Below, piece by piece: positions 9,918 through 19,195 of a stretch of 64,000 nucleotides of DNA. This DNA comes from Dehalococcoidia bacterium. Lineage in GTDB: Bacteria; Chloroflexota; Dehalococcoidia; Lucifugimonadales; UBA3495. The stretch covers positions 836,411 to 900,410 of the forward strand of contig CBDEFY010000007.1 in NCBI GenBank assembly GCA_965237595.1, read 5' to 3'. Below the pieces are notes generated by a model, which made no database searches, had not been told where the DNA came from, and worked only from the letters and a program-made list of their open reading frames with translations. The position numbers and the translations under genes are program-made. Numbering within the stretch: position 1 is the stretch's first letter; every line of letters begins with the position of its first letter.

Positions 9918-11393
9918 CAGCCTGTCCGAGTAATACGGGGCAATTAGGGGTAAAATAGAGGCCAAGCTGGGTTGAGGAGGCAGGGATGAGCAAGACCTTT
10001 CGCCGCTATGAGCCGGATCAGATGCTGCTGATGCCGGTGGCCCTTCAGGAGTGGCTACCAGCAGATCATATGGCCTATTTCATCTCCGATGTGGTGGACC
10101 ATTTGGACCTGAAGGAAATCCTGAGCACGTATGAGGGTGAGGAGCGAGGCTATCCTCCCTACCATCCGGTGATGATGGTGAAGGTGCTGGTATACGCCTA
10201 CTGTGCTGGGGTGCCCTCCTCCCGGCGCATCGAGAAGCGTCTCCATGAGGATATCGCCTTCCGAGTGCTGGCGGCCAATAACACTCCCGACTTCCGCACC
10301 ATCTCCGACTTCCGCAAGGAGCACCTGGTAGCTCTAGGTGGTCTCTTCCTAAAGGTGTTGGAACTATGCCGGCAGGCCGGGCTGGCCAAGCTGGGGCACG
10401 TTTCCCTGGATGGGACTAAGGTGAAGGCCAACGCTTCCAAGCATAAGGCCATGAGCTACGGCAAGATGAAGGAGAAAAGGGCACGACTGGAGGCTGAGGT
10501 TGAGGAGCTATTTCGGAGGGCTCAGGAGGCGGACGAAGCGGAGGACCGGTGCTACGGGAAGGACCGTCGCGGGGATGAGTTACCCGTGGAGTTGGCCTTT
10601 CGAGAAAGCCGACTGAAAAGGATTAGAGAGGCTCAGGAGGCCCTGGAAGCGGAGGCCCAAATCCACGGAAAGGAAGTCCCGGAGGATAAGGCCCAGCGGA
10701 ACTTCACCGACCCGGACTCCCGAATAATGCCAGGGCCCGGGGGCAAGGAGTTCAGCCAATCTTACAACTGTCAGGCGGCGGTGGACAGCGCTTATCAGGT
10801 CATCGTGGCGGCCGATGTTACCAAGCAACCCTCGGACCACGGCTGGGCCCTACCCCTGGTGAAGGAGATCGAAGACAATACCGGCACTCTGCCCAGAGAG
10901 GCATCAGCCGATGCTGGTTACTACTCGGCCCAAGCTGTAGAAGAGCTATACGCCCTGGGGGTAGACCCCTTCATCCCACCAGATAAGACCCGGCATGGAA
11001 CGGTGATACCGTCGGCACCCCGAGGTCGGATTCCCAGGCATCTGTCGACGGCGGACCGGATGCGTCGAAAGCTGAGAACCCAGCGGGGTCGGCAACGCTA
11101 CGCCCTGAGAATGGGGACGGTGGAGCCGGTCTTCGGGCAGATCAAACAGGGCCGGGGCTTCCGGCAGTTTCTGCTCCGAGGATTAGAGAAGGTGAAGTTG
11201 GAGTGGAAGCTAATATGCGCCGGACACAACCTGCTCAAGCTCTTCTCTGCCCTGAAAACAAGCCACACTAAGCCAGGGAGTCGAGTAGTGGCGTAAGAGT
11301 CTATGTTTGACGCCCGCTGATCAGGAGCCCCGACGGCAGCAAAGACTTACCCCTAACGCCCCAACTCCCATTAGCAATTACCCAGACAGGCTC
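9918..11393 (+). mobile_element. IS1182-type insertion sequence (about 1.48 kb) with CTAG target duplication
   Basis: Imperfect terminal IRs: AGCCTGTCCGAGTAAT...TTAGGGGTAA at the left, and the reverse complement AGCCTGTCTGGGTAAT...TTAGGGGTAA at the right. CTAG flanks both ends (9914..9917 and 11394..11397). Removing the IS restores GDGWQLLGNNNRF. Confidence 0.85.
9986..11296 (+). CDS. IS1182/IS5-type DDE transposase
   Basis: 436 aa. YEPDQMLLMPVALQEWLPADHMAYFISDVVDHLDL, YHPVMMVKVLVYAYCAGVPSSRRIEKRLHEDIAFRVLA. Confidence 0.9.
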   Translation: MSKTFRRYEPDQMLLMPVALQEWLPADHMAYFISDVVDHLDLKEILSTYEGEERGYPPYHPVMMVKVLVYAYCAGVPSSRRIEKRLHEDIAFRVLAANNTPDFRTISDFRKEHLVALGGLFLKVLELCRQAGLAKLGHVSLDGTKVKANASKHKAMSYGKMKEKRARLEAEVEELFRRAQEADEAEDRCYGKDRRGDELPVELAFRESRLKRIREAQEALEAEAQIHGKEVPEDKAQRNFTDPDSRIMPGPGGKEFSQSYNCQAAVDSAYQVIVAADVTKQPSDHGWALPLVKEIEDNTGTLPREASADAGYYSAQAVEELYALGVDPFIPPDKTRHGTVIPSAPRGRIPRHLSTADRMRRKLRTQRGRQRYALRMGTVEPVFGQIKQGRGFRQFLLRGLEKVKLEWKLICAGHNLLKLFSALKTSHTKPGSRVVA

Positions 11394-12181
11394 CTAGGCA
11401 ACAACAACCGGTTTTCCACAGTCACTGAGGAGGGGCTTGCCACCGGCATCCGGAGACTGGACGCCGATCTGGAACGGGTGGGCCGGCCTGCCGGTTCTGC
11501 GGCGGTGACCAGCCGGATGCTGGGCTATGACTTGAAGAAAAACGGTGGGTCCTCAAACCTTAGCGGCCGTCCTTTGCCGGAACGTCGGACGAGATTGCTT
11601 CGGACATACGCCGGTTTCAGGAATTGGGCGTCGCCAACCTGGTGCCCGGTTTCCACAGCGTGGCTAGGTTAGCGGCCAGTCGTGACGACATGCTTAGGGA
11701 TTTGGAGGACTTCGCCAATATGGTCGTGCCCAGGGTCTAGAGGCCAGCCATTCGACCCGTCAATCTCAGTCCCCGCCCCATAAATCGAGCTGAACCTGGC
11801 ACGAGCTCGGCGAATCAATGTCCGCGCCGGCCCCCAAAGCGGCCCCTTCACCTACCAATCGGAGAATTACGGCGCTGACGATGGCCCCGGCCTGAGTCCG
11901 GCCATTCCGCGTGCCAATCGAATCCGCCGGGTCGCCGCGACGTTTTCTGCCCGAATCACAATGAAAATGCCATCAGCGGCTAGCCTGCGAGACAACCGTG
12001 GTTGCTATAATCGTTCGACATGTCGTCGATGAACGGAATGCAGCACTCGCGAGGGGCGATGTTGATTATCCCTAAGCGGGGAAGATTTCTTGTATTTAGC
12101 CTCTTTGTTCTTCTCCTGGCACTTGCCGCCGTAGCTTGTGGCGAGGGGGAAGCCACTCCTACTCAGCTGAGGTGGACCCAA

Positions 12182-13126
12182 TTAGTTGGACAGGTTTGGT
12201 GCAAAACTAAGTGGGAGTTCCGCCGTCTTTCCAAGGTCTGAGAACGCTCCGTTCGGTGCCCGTTTCCCATTGATTGACCGTTCATCTGATGGCGCCAAGT
12301 CTCCTTTGAGCACCTCAGCCGGTGTCCGGTAGCCCAAGGCCTGGTGGGGTCTTTGGTTGTTGTAGAAGCTGAAGTATGCGTCAGGCCCGGCCTTGGCTTC
12401 TCGCCCGTTGGAGTAGGCTTTCAGGTAGACCTCCTCGTACTTAACCGTGCGCCACAGCCGCTCCAACAAGATGTTGTCGGTGTAGCGTCCCTTCCCGTCC
12501 ATGCTGATTCTCACTCCGTGCTGCTCTAGGAGACCGGTGAAGGCTTCGCCGGTGAACTGGCTGCCCTGGTCGGTGTTGAAGACCTCTGGCTTCCCCTTGC
12601 CAAGCGCTTCCTCCAATGTCTCGACACAGAAATCAGCATCCAAGGTGTTGGAAAGACGCCAGGCCACCACGTACCGCGTGTACCAATCCATGATGGCCAC
12701 CAGGTATAAGAAACCCTTGGCCATGGGGATGTAGGTGATGTCGGCGGCCCACACCTGATTTGGTCTGGTGATCTCCATGCCGCTCAGGAGGTAGGGATAC
12801 ACCTTGTGCCCTGGCCCCGGCTTGCTGGTCCGGGGCCACCGGTAGATGGCACGTAGTCCCATGGTCCGCATCAGACGCTGGACCCGCTTCCGGTTCACCC
12901 TGTGACCTTGAGTGCCCAGCCAGACCCTCATGCGCCGCGACCCGTAGAAGGGGGTACTTAGGTACTGGTGGTCCATCGCCTTCATCACCGTCAGGTTCTC
13001 CGAGCAAGTCCCCTTGCGCCGGTAGTTTAGGCTGGACCTGCTGATGCTCAGTAAGGCGCACTGTCTCACTGTGGACAAGGCTGGGTGCCGCCGGTCCACC
13101 ATCTCCCGCCGCCGCTCCCGGCTCAT
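12182..13126 (-). CDS. IS3-family transposase OrfB (rve integrase core)
   Basis: 314 aa. [61 protein letters not shown]. Confidence 0.9.
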   Translation of the reverse strand: MSRERRREMVDRRHPALSTVRQCALLSISRSSLNYRRKGTCSENLTVMKAMDHQYLSTPFYGSRRMRVWLGTQGHRVNRKRVQRLMRTMGLRAIYRWPRTSKPGPGHKVYPYLLSGMEITRPNQVWAADITYIPMAKGFLYLVAIMDWYTRYVVAWRLSNTLDADFCVETLEEALGKGKPEVFNTDQGSQFTGEAFTGLLEQHGVRISMDGKGRYTDNILLERLWRTVKYEEVYLKAYSNGREAKAGPDAYFSFYNNQRPHQALGYRTPAEVLKGDLAPSDERSINGKRAPNGAFSDLGKTAELPLSFAPNLSN

Positions 13127-13425
13127 GGACCGAGCCTCTCCGCCAAGAAATCCCGCTCAACCTTCAGTTGGCCGATCTGCTGATAGAGCCGGGCAACAAG
13201 GACCGCATCGCTCTTCTGGCGTTTGTCTTGGTTCCCACCAAAGACGCCGACCGCTCCTTCCAACAAGGACTTCTTCCAGGCCTGGATCTGCCCGGGATGG
13301 ACCTCGTAGCGGGCGGCCAGTTGGGCCACCGTCTCTTCACCCTTCACCGCTTCCAGGGCCACCTTGGCCTTGAATGTTGGGCTGTGCTTCCTCCGCTCTT
13401 TTGACATGTCCCACTCCTCCCTCAC
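13123..13425 (-). CDS. IS3-family transposase OrfA (HTH)
   Basis: [46 protein letters not shown]. The stop overlaps the OrfB start (ATGA). Confidence 0.9.
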   Translation of the reverse strand: MREEWDMSKERRKHSPTFKAKVALEAVKGEETVAQLAARYEVHPGQIQAWKKSLLEGAVGVFGGNQDKRQKSDAVLVARLYQQIGQLKVERDFLAERLGP

Positions 13426-14759
13426 AGCAACAGCTGTGGCTATTTTAGGAGCAGAACTCTCACTTAACCACCTGTCCGAATTTCCGGGTCCACCTCAAGC
13501 TGCCCGAACCTACTTCCGTCCCGGCTACCTCCACCCCGCAGCCGACTCCGGGCGGTGAGAGAGTAACTCAGCCCCCAGCGCCCACACCGACCCCCGAACC
13601 GACACCCACCGACCTCCCGCGACCTACGCCCACCAACACCTCTGCGCCAACGCCGACGAATACGCCCGTGCCGGTGCCAACCGACACCCCCGAGGCGGCG
13701 CCCACCGAGACACCCGAGCCTACTCCGACCAACACGCCCCCGCCGCCGACACCAACGCCGACGCCAGCGCCAACGCCCACGCCCGTACCAGGCCCGACGC
13801 CGACCCCCAATCAACTGTTGTGGACCTATGAGATTAGCGAAGAAGGCGCCAGTGTCGATCACGTGGCCCTCAGGGCTGACGGCTTGACCCTTGCGGCGGG
13901 AACTTCATCCGGCGATATCCATCTATTAAACGAGCAGGGTGCCCTGCGGTGGACCTTCGACGGTGCGGCAGACGCTCCCGACGGGGTTACTCAACGTAGG
14001 GTGACCGGCCTGGCTATGGACCTGGACGGCAACCGCATCCTGGCAGGATTTACCGACGACGAAGGGACCGAGACAGCCGCCGGCGTTTTGTACTTGCTCG
14101 ACGACCAACCGATTAAACTGTGGTCGGTCACCATTGGCGGCCCGGTAAGCGATGTCAGCATCTCCGATAATGGCAGCAGAATAGGTGCCGGGTCGGCCGA
14201 CAGCAATCTTTACTCGCTGACCGATGAAGGCACCACCCGTTGGATTTACGAGACACCGGTCGACGCTGGCCAGCCAGTAAACGGCGCCGCAGTCTCGCCC
14301 GATGGCTCTCGTTCCGTAGCAGGGTCCCAGGCAAGCCAGGTTTACCTGCTAAATACCGACGGTGCCAAGATCTGGACCGTTGATACCGACGGCCCGGTTA
14401 ACGACGTTGCAATCGCCAGCGAGGGTTCCCGAGTGGCGGCAGGCACCGCGAGCGGCAGTGTGTATCTCTTTAACAGCCAGGGAGCCGCTATCCGCCAGGT
14501 GTCAAATCCGGAAACCTCTATTCTCGCAGTTGCTCTCAATTCCGACGGTACCCGATTGGCCGCCGGGTCTGCCGACGGGCGTGTATTTTACTTCGACAGC
14601 CAGGGCATAATGTTGTGGGAAGTGTTTTTAGGTGGCTCCATCACCAGCGTGTCAGCGGGCTCAACCACCAGTAGGGTTGCCGCCTCATCCGGAGCCAAAG
14701 TTTATATGTTGTCCGGGCAAATTCCCTAACCGGGGGTGCCCCGGCATCACCACAGCAAC

Positions 14760-14810
14760 GGCGGGCCGCGCGGGGGTCGAACCCCCGGCACCCGGATCAA
14801 GAGTTCGAGG
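14760..14810 (-). pseudogene. 3' half of a tRNA-Lys(CTT)-like gene (anticodon loop to acceptor end)
   Basis: The reverse complement reads CTCTTGA-TCCGG-GTGCC-GGGGG-TTCGACC-CCCGC-GCGGCCC-G-CC. It matches the 3' part of the tRNA-Lys at 27949..27986 at 34/38 positions. The 5' half is absent. Confidence 0.5.
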
Positions 14811-15322
14811 CAAGGTGTCGTCTGATATGTTTTCGTGCCTGGCGACGTACCTGGATGTATAGAGTCTGAACTCCGGTTCGTGTCTGACGACCCTTGTTGC
14901 CCTCGCCTATCCTCGAGTGGATGTCGGCGATTCTGTCGGCAAAATGGACCGACGTTTGGGGCCCGATCTACCCCCCGACAGGGCTTGACGGACGCCAGGC
15001 AGGCTGATGTGAACGCCGGAAATATTTTTGGAGTTTATCGGTCGCATTCTCTTACACCTGTTGGCATGGGGTTACCCCCTAGTGAAGTAGGATTGGGTCA
15101 GACGGGAGATTCAAACCTACTCTTCTGACTGGTTGGCGCCCAGGCGGATCAAGATCAACGCTCAGAACTTCGTTTATTAGTTCATCTATTGTGAACGAGG
15201 TTGTTAGCAACCAATCGCCCGATGCGGACACTCTCGTTAGATGTCTTCGTACGGGTCCCCAGTCGAATCGCCATTAAAACATGTTCCGACAACAATGGCG
15301 ATTAGGAAACTACCGAGTATGA

Positions 15323-15490
15323 TTACTGCCGGGACTCCGATAAGATGGTCACGAATTTGTTCTTCTCATTCCCCTCGACCACATTCTGTAACCCCAGGAA
15401 AACGAAGCTTAATATTATCAAGACGATTACCAGTCCAATAGTACTGAGGCCGATGATCGAGAGAAGGGTCAACGCTGGGTCCGATTCCAT
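15323..15490 (-). CDS. possible 55-aa single-pass membrane peptide
   Basis: Own translation: MESDPALTLLSIIGLSTIGLVIVLIILSFVFLGLQNVVEGNEKNKFVTILSESRQ. It lies in a lower-GC stretch, is below the ORF-track length cutoff, and has no clear RBS. Confidence 0.25.
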   Translation of the reverse strand: MESDPALTLLSIIGLSTIGLVIVLIILSFVFLGLQNVVEGNEKNKFVTILSESRQ

Positions 15491-15651
15491 CTCGCCCTAT
15501 TTGCCCCTTAGCCACTCAACAGGTTTATTGCCGGGTGGCACCTAGCACCCAGTTCGGCTTCGTCTCTCTTTAATCTGTTCCCAGGATGGGTACATCAAAT
15601 TATTCTGGCCGTCTCTCCCGATTGGGGTGACCGAGTTCACGTTCACCCTCA

Positions 15652-16122
15652 TTAGGGGGTCGGGTCCAACTCATTCCCGTGAACAACCGAATGCTGCCAC
15701 GCCGCCAAATGCGCGGGGTCTAGCCTTTCGATTTCTGGCAGCCGGTCGAAATCGGTATCGGCGGAGATGATGCGTCGCAAGCCCAGGCGCTGCATTACTG
15801 CCGCATGCAAGAGGTCGCGACCGCCCAGCTCCTGATTGGCGTCAGCCAATACGGCTGCATGCTGCACGTCCACCGCCTGGACTACTTCGATTCGGTCCTG
15901 CATCAGCTCGCTGAATCGGCGAAAGGCCTCCCGCCCCAGCGGCCATAACCGAAGCGAGAGGTAACGGTGGAGCAACTCTTGGAGAACCTCGGCGTCCGTC
16001 ACAAACGACTGGGGATGCTCCGCCGCCAGCAGCAGGATTTCGACACAGGGCTCTTTCAGCTGGTGCGTCCGGCCGGCGGCGTAAATTGGGATGTTGGCAT
16101 CAATGAAGGTCGCCGGGCTCAT
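15652..16122 (-). CDS. vapC: PIN-domain toxin (VapC-type)
   Basis: FIDANIPIYAAG...VTDAEVLQELLHRY...GRDLLHAAVM...IISADTDFDR carries the PIN acidic residues. It overlaps the upstream RHH gene. Confidence 0.85.
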   Translation of the reverse strand: MSPATFIDANIPIYAAGRTHQLKEPCVEILLLAAEHPQSFVTDAEVLQELLHRYLSLRLWPLGREAFRRFSELMQDRIEVVQAVDVQHAAVLADANQELGGRDLLHAAVMQRLGLRRIISADTDFDRLPEIERLDPAHLAAWQHSVVHGNELDPTP

Positions 16123-16354
16123 GGGCGGCCTCCAACTGGCGGATCAGAATTGCCGGGTCGGGAACGTCTTCTATCTCCAACCGGCCCAACTCCTGAGCCG
16201 CGCGCCTACGGCGGGCTACGACACTATCCTCGTAGGCCCGGTCAATGAGCCGGCGCACGGTCTCGGATACAGGGGTGCCCTGCTCCGCCGCCATTTCCCG
16301 CAGCTTGCGCCGGCGCTCTTGGTTGAGACGCACCTCTAAACGTTCGATGGCCAT
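16100..16354 (-). CDS. vapB: ribbon-helix-helix antitoxin (VapB/CopG-type)
   Basis: MAIERLEVRLNQERRRKLREMAAEQGTPVSETVRRLIDRAY. 23-nt overlap with vapC. Confidence 0.8.
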   Translation of the reverse strand: MAIERLEVRLNQERRRKLREMAAEQGTPVSETVRRLIDRAYEDSVVARRRRAAQELGRLEIEDVPDPAILIRQLEAAHEPGDLH

Positions 16355-16374
16355 GGGAAACCTCCGTGCAAACC

Positions 16375-16412
16375 ATTGTACGGCATATTTGTGCCGTAAT
16401 CAAACTGCCGTA
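16375..16412 (-). promoter_or_regulatory. candidate vapBC promoter with operator repeats
   Basis: The minus strand reads TTGATT-N17-TACAAT. The spacer carries the palindrome TACGGCA-N6-TGCCGTA (16379..16398), and a third TACGGCA copy lies at 16406..16412. Confidence 0.4.
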
Positions 16413-16547
16413 CGCACCGGGTTTATGGGCCTCATGTGTAGACCGTCAGCGATAATGGGACACATATAAGGGTAGGAAAACCCGAGAGTCGGAGGGTGGT
16501 GTGAGCTCCTGAAATGAGGGTAGAGTTACCCACAGAAAGGAGCAGAT

Positions 16548-16955
16548 GTGTCCCAATTAGAAGTAAGCAAAGCAGAGGCCGCCGAGGAACGAAGCGAGCA
16601 GACCAGGTCTTTCGTCCGTACAGTGAAGGCGGCTGCCCGACGTAAGTACACCTCCGAAGACAAGATCCGAATTGTTCTGGAGGGCTTCCGCCGCGAGGTC
16701 ACAGTCAACGACCTGTGCCGGCGGGAGGGGATCAAGCCCCACTCCTACTACTCGTGGACCAAAGAGTTCATGGAGGCGGGCAAGGAGAGGTTGACCCGTG
16801 ACTCGGTTCGGGACGCCACTCAGCATGAGGTAGGGCAGCTCAAGCGAGAGAACGGGGAACTCAAGGAGCTAGTGGCCGATCTGTCGCTGGAGGCGTACCG
16901 TCTCAAAAAAACGGCCATCCCCGTGCCCCAGGACGCCACCGGTACCAGCGGATGA
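16548..16955 (+). CDS. IS3-family transposase OrfA
   Basis: 135 aa. KYTSEDKIRIVLEGFRREVTVNDLCRREGIKPHSYYSWTKEF followed by a leucine-zipper-like tail. Confidence 0.9.
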   Translation: MSQLEVSKAEAAEERSEQTRSFVRTVKAAARRKYTSEDKIRIVLEGFRREVTVNDLCRREGIKPHSYYSWTKEFMEAGKERLTRDSVRDATQHEVGQLKRENGELKELVADLSLEAYRLKKTAIPVPQDATGTSG

Positions 16956-17938
16956 GCGCCCCGGAGAAGGCAGAGGTAGTTACCAAAGTATCCTCGTCTC
17001 CCCTCCCCAAGCGAAAGGTCCTCAGAGAGCTGGGCATCCCTAAGAGCACCTACTACCGGTGGCTCAGACGCCAAGACCAACAAGGACTTGAGGACCGACC
17101 AGGAGGCGATCAGGCACCATGGAACCGTCTTACTATTCAGGAAGAACGCTCAGTCCTGTTATCAGCCAGAGAGATGCCAGAGCTGAGCTGCCGTCAGCTG
17201 GCCGCGTGGATCACCGACAACCAGGGCTTCTCAGTCTCAGAGTCCAGCGTCTACCGTATCCTGGGCAGGGAGGGCCTAGTGAAGCGGCCTGAGATGCGGT
17301 TGGCCGCGGGGAAGGAGTACCACCGCAAGACCACAGGACCTCACCAGATGTGGGCCACCGATGCCTCATACTTCAGGGTGGTTGGTTGGGGCTACTACTA
17401 CCTGGTCACCGTTATGGACGACTACTCCCGCTTCATCCTGGCTCACAGGCTTCAGCAAGATATGACGGCCGACTCCTTCATCGAGGTGGTCCAGGATGCT
17501 GTGGACACGACCAGCATGGACCAAGTTCCAGTCACAGACCGCACCAGGCTGCTGAGTGACAACGGTCCAGGCTATGTCTAAAGAGCATTCAGGGACTACC
17601 TGGGGATGGTTGGCATCAAGCACATCCTAGCAACTCCTTTCCACCCTCAGACCAACGGGAAGCTGGAGCGCTACCACCAGACCATCAAACGGGACGTCAA
17701 CCAGGTGCCTTATGAGTTGCCCGCCGACCTTGAGGCTGCTATCGCGGCCTTCGTCAGCTACTACAACTACCGGCGCTATCACAAGGCTCTGGGCAACGTG
17801 ACACCATCAGACGTGCTCAAGGGAAGACGGCAAGAGATCCTACAACGCAGGAAGGAGGTGAAGGCTCAAACCACCGAACGGCGACGACGCTACAACAGGG
17901 CCCTCAGGGAGCTCACCAGACCTCCATCCAGCCCCTGA
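16952..17938 (+). CDS. IS3-family transposase OrfB (rve) carrying an in-frame TAA at 17579..17581
   Basis: ORFs 16952..17581 and 17606..17938 share one frame: ...[45 protein letters not shown]. The D, D and E regions lie on both sides of the stop. Confidence 0.8.
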
Positions 17939-17981
17939 TCTCTCGGCTCCCAATGTGTCCCACTTTTGCTGGTTGCTAACA

Positions 17982-18400
17982 CTCGAGGTCGCGGTGAAGC
18001 TTCATGCTCGATATGCCCTTGAGGTTTGTCGTCACGAGGTAGATCGCAATGGCCCATTTGCGCATCGGCAGGTTGGAGCCCTGCATGAGCGTACCGAGCT
18101 TGACGCTGAAGTAGGAGCGGCAATCGGAGCACCAGTAGGGCATGGGAGTAGCGTTCGGAACTTCGCTCGTCTTGACGCTGCCACACTTGGCGCAGGCCCG
18201 GCCATTAGGCCAACGGGTTTCCTCGAACCACTTGCGGGCCGAATCCTCGTCGGGGAACATGTCAAACAGTTGTACAAGGCTGATTCCAATTCTGTGGGAC
18301 TTCCCAGGGCCTGCCATAATCGTCTCTCCTTGCCCGTTGTCTCTCTAGTTCAATCATAGCTGACTACGCCTATGTTGTTAAGGATGAGTTATAATTCCCT
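17982..18400 (-). mobile_element. IS1595-type remnant (5' third only), cut by IS copy A
   Basis: The transposase N-terminus MAGPGKSHRIGISLVQLFDMFPDEDSARKWFEETRWPNGRACAKCGS... stops at ...KLHRDL. It is about 90% like the longer copy at 56431..57230. Confidence 0.75.
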
Positions 18401-18552
18401 AAGAAAGCGTGCTGGCCAAGACAGGTACCATCAACGATGTCCTCGTGGGTGTCCTGCCTTTCTATGGTATGTATGTTAGTTGTCATCGGCCTGGTGATTG
18501 CCTTCCCGGAGATTGCCACCTGGCTCCCCGACCAAGCCAAAGGCGCACGCTA
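18400..18552 (+). pseudogene. C-terminal scrap of a TRAP-type large permease (DctM-like), frameshifted
   Basis: ...INDVLVGVLPFYG then, in another frame, MLVVIGLVIAFPEIATWLPDQAKGAR-stop. It abuts the IS1595 end. Confidence 0.4.
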
Positions 18553-18575
18553 AGGGTCGCCGGCTCGGCCGGGCC

Positions 18576-18627
18576 AAAAAAAAGCGTCCTTCCGGCTCAT
18601 TTCATCCGGAAGGACGCTGATACTTTT
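18576..18627. terminator. bidirectional rho-independent terminator
   Basis: A8-AGCGTCCTTCCGG-loop-CCGGAAGGACGCT-GATACTTTT, with a 13-bp stem. Confidence 0.8.
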
Positions 18628-18659
18628 CAGAGCAACAAATAAAAGCGGGCCGTCGGCCC

Positions 18660-19049
18660 TTAACCTGGTAGGCGGACTATGGCTTCCACCTCCACCAGGA
18701 ATTCCGGCCGCACCAGTCCGGCCACCACAACGGTAGAACTGGCGGGCGGGTCCTTGGGCCAAGTTTCGGCCCGGACCTTGGCATAGCCACTGTAGTACGC
18801 GATGTCGGTGATGAAGCACGTAATCTTGGCCACGTCCTCCATCTTGCCTCCGGCGGCAGTGACCACGCTCCGGATGTTGGCCATCACCTGGCGGGACTGC
18901 GCCTCGGCGTCACCCTCGCCGACCACGGTGCCGCTTTGGTCCACGGCTACGTGACCCGATACGAACAGGAAATCTCCGACCACAACTCCGGGCGACAGGG
19001 CCGGGTTGGGGGCGGCTCCCGGGGGAATCACAGGCTTTCTCTCTGGCAT
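18660..19049 (-). CDS. RidA/YjgF family protein
   Basis: MPERKPVIPPGAAPNPALSPGVVVGDFLFVSGHVAVDQ...EVEAIV. Start moved to ATG 19049. Confidence 0.85.
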   Translation of the reverse strand: MPERKPVIPPGAAPNPALSPGVVVGDFLFVSGHVAVDQSGTVVGEGDAEAQSRQVMANIRSVVTAAGGKMEDVAKITCFITDIAYYSGYAKVRAETWPKDPPASSTVVVAGLVRPEFLVEVEAIVRLPG

Positions 19050-19195
19050 TGCATCACCTCCAGAACAGTATCGAATCAGTACAGCGCACCGGCGGCGCGA
19101 GCCCACATTATACATACTAGGGAAAATACGGCCAGGGAAAATCTGGCAGGGAAAATCTGGTGTGCAATGGGAAGATGGGAGCGGGGATGGGCCGG

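Larger units (their letters stand above)
9235..11740 (+). pseudogene. decayed LLM-class oxidoreductase gene, also split by an IS
   Basis: MKFGFMLPSRGPL...FQYP, then TAA at 9388. Several frame changes follow (METLTTLAFLAGQTSSIRL..., ...PIWVGGESRRAIRRAARFGDGW). The IS sits at 9918..11393 and the tail ...DIRRFQELGVANLV...PRV ends at 11740. Confidence 0.8.
12168..13497 (-). mobile_element. IS3-family IS, 1330 bp, copy 1, with 3-bp AGC target duplication
   Basis: Ends are TGAGGTGGACCC...GGGTCCACCTCA (TG..CA). AGC is present at 12165..12167 and 13498..13500. Nearly identical to 54964..56293. Confidence 0.9.
12020..14729 (+). pseudogene. lipoprotein with Pro/Thr-rich linker and PQQ/WD40-like beta-propeller, split by an IS3-family element
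   Basis: Lipobox LALAAVACG. The reading frame is restored exactly across 12167/13501 (…ATPTQ-LPEPTSVPATS…PTPTP…). The C-terminal part has about 8 repeats of the GS.D..VYL(L/F)..G type. Confidence 0.85.
16437..17981 (+). mobile_element. IS3-family IS, 1545 bp, copy A
   Basis: The ends TGTAGACCGTCAGCG...GGTTGCTAACA are shared with copies at 29813..31357 (minus) and 44172..45716. IRs end in GGGACACAT/ATGTGTCCC. No flanking direct repeat. Confidence 0.9.

Noticed and set aside
13464-13862. Gly/Val/Arg-rich minus-strand ORFs (132 aa and 80 aa).
   Set aside because: They are the mirror image of the Pro/Thr-rich linker of the plus-strand lipoprotein gene, so they are a low-complexity artefact.
15090-15150. 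tRNA-like strings (GATTCAAACC, TGGCGCCCAGGCGGATCAAGA), and a similar GGTTCGACC string at 40851..40903.
   Set aside because: I could not fold a T-arm or an acceptor stem, so they are only short chance resemblances.
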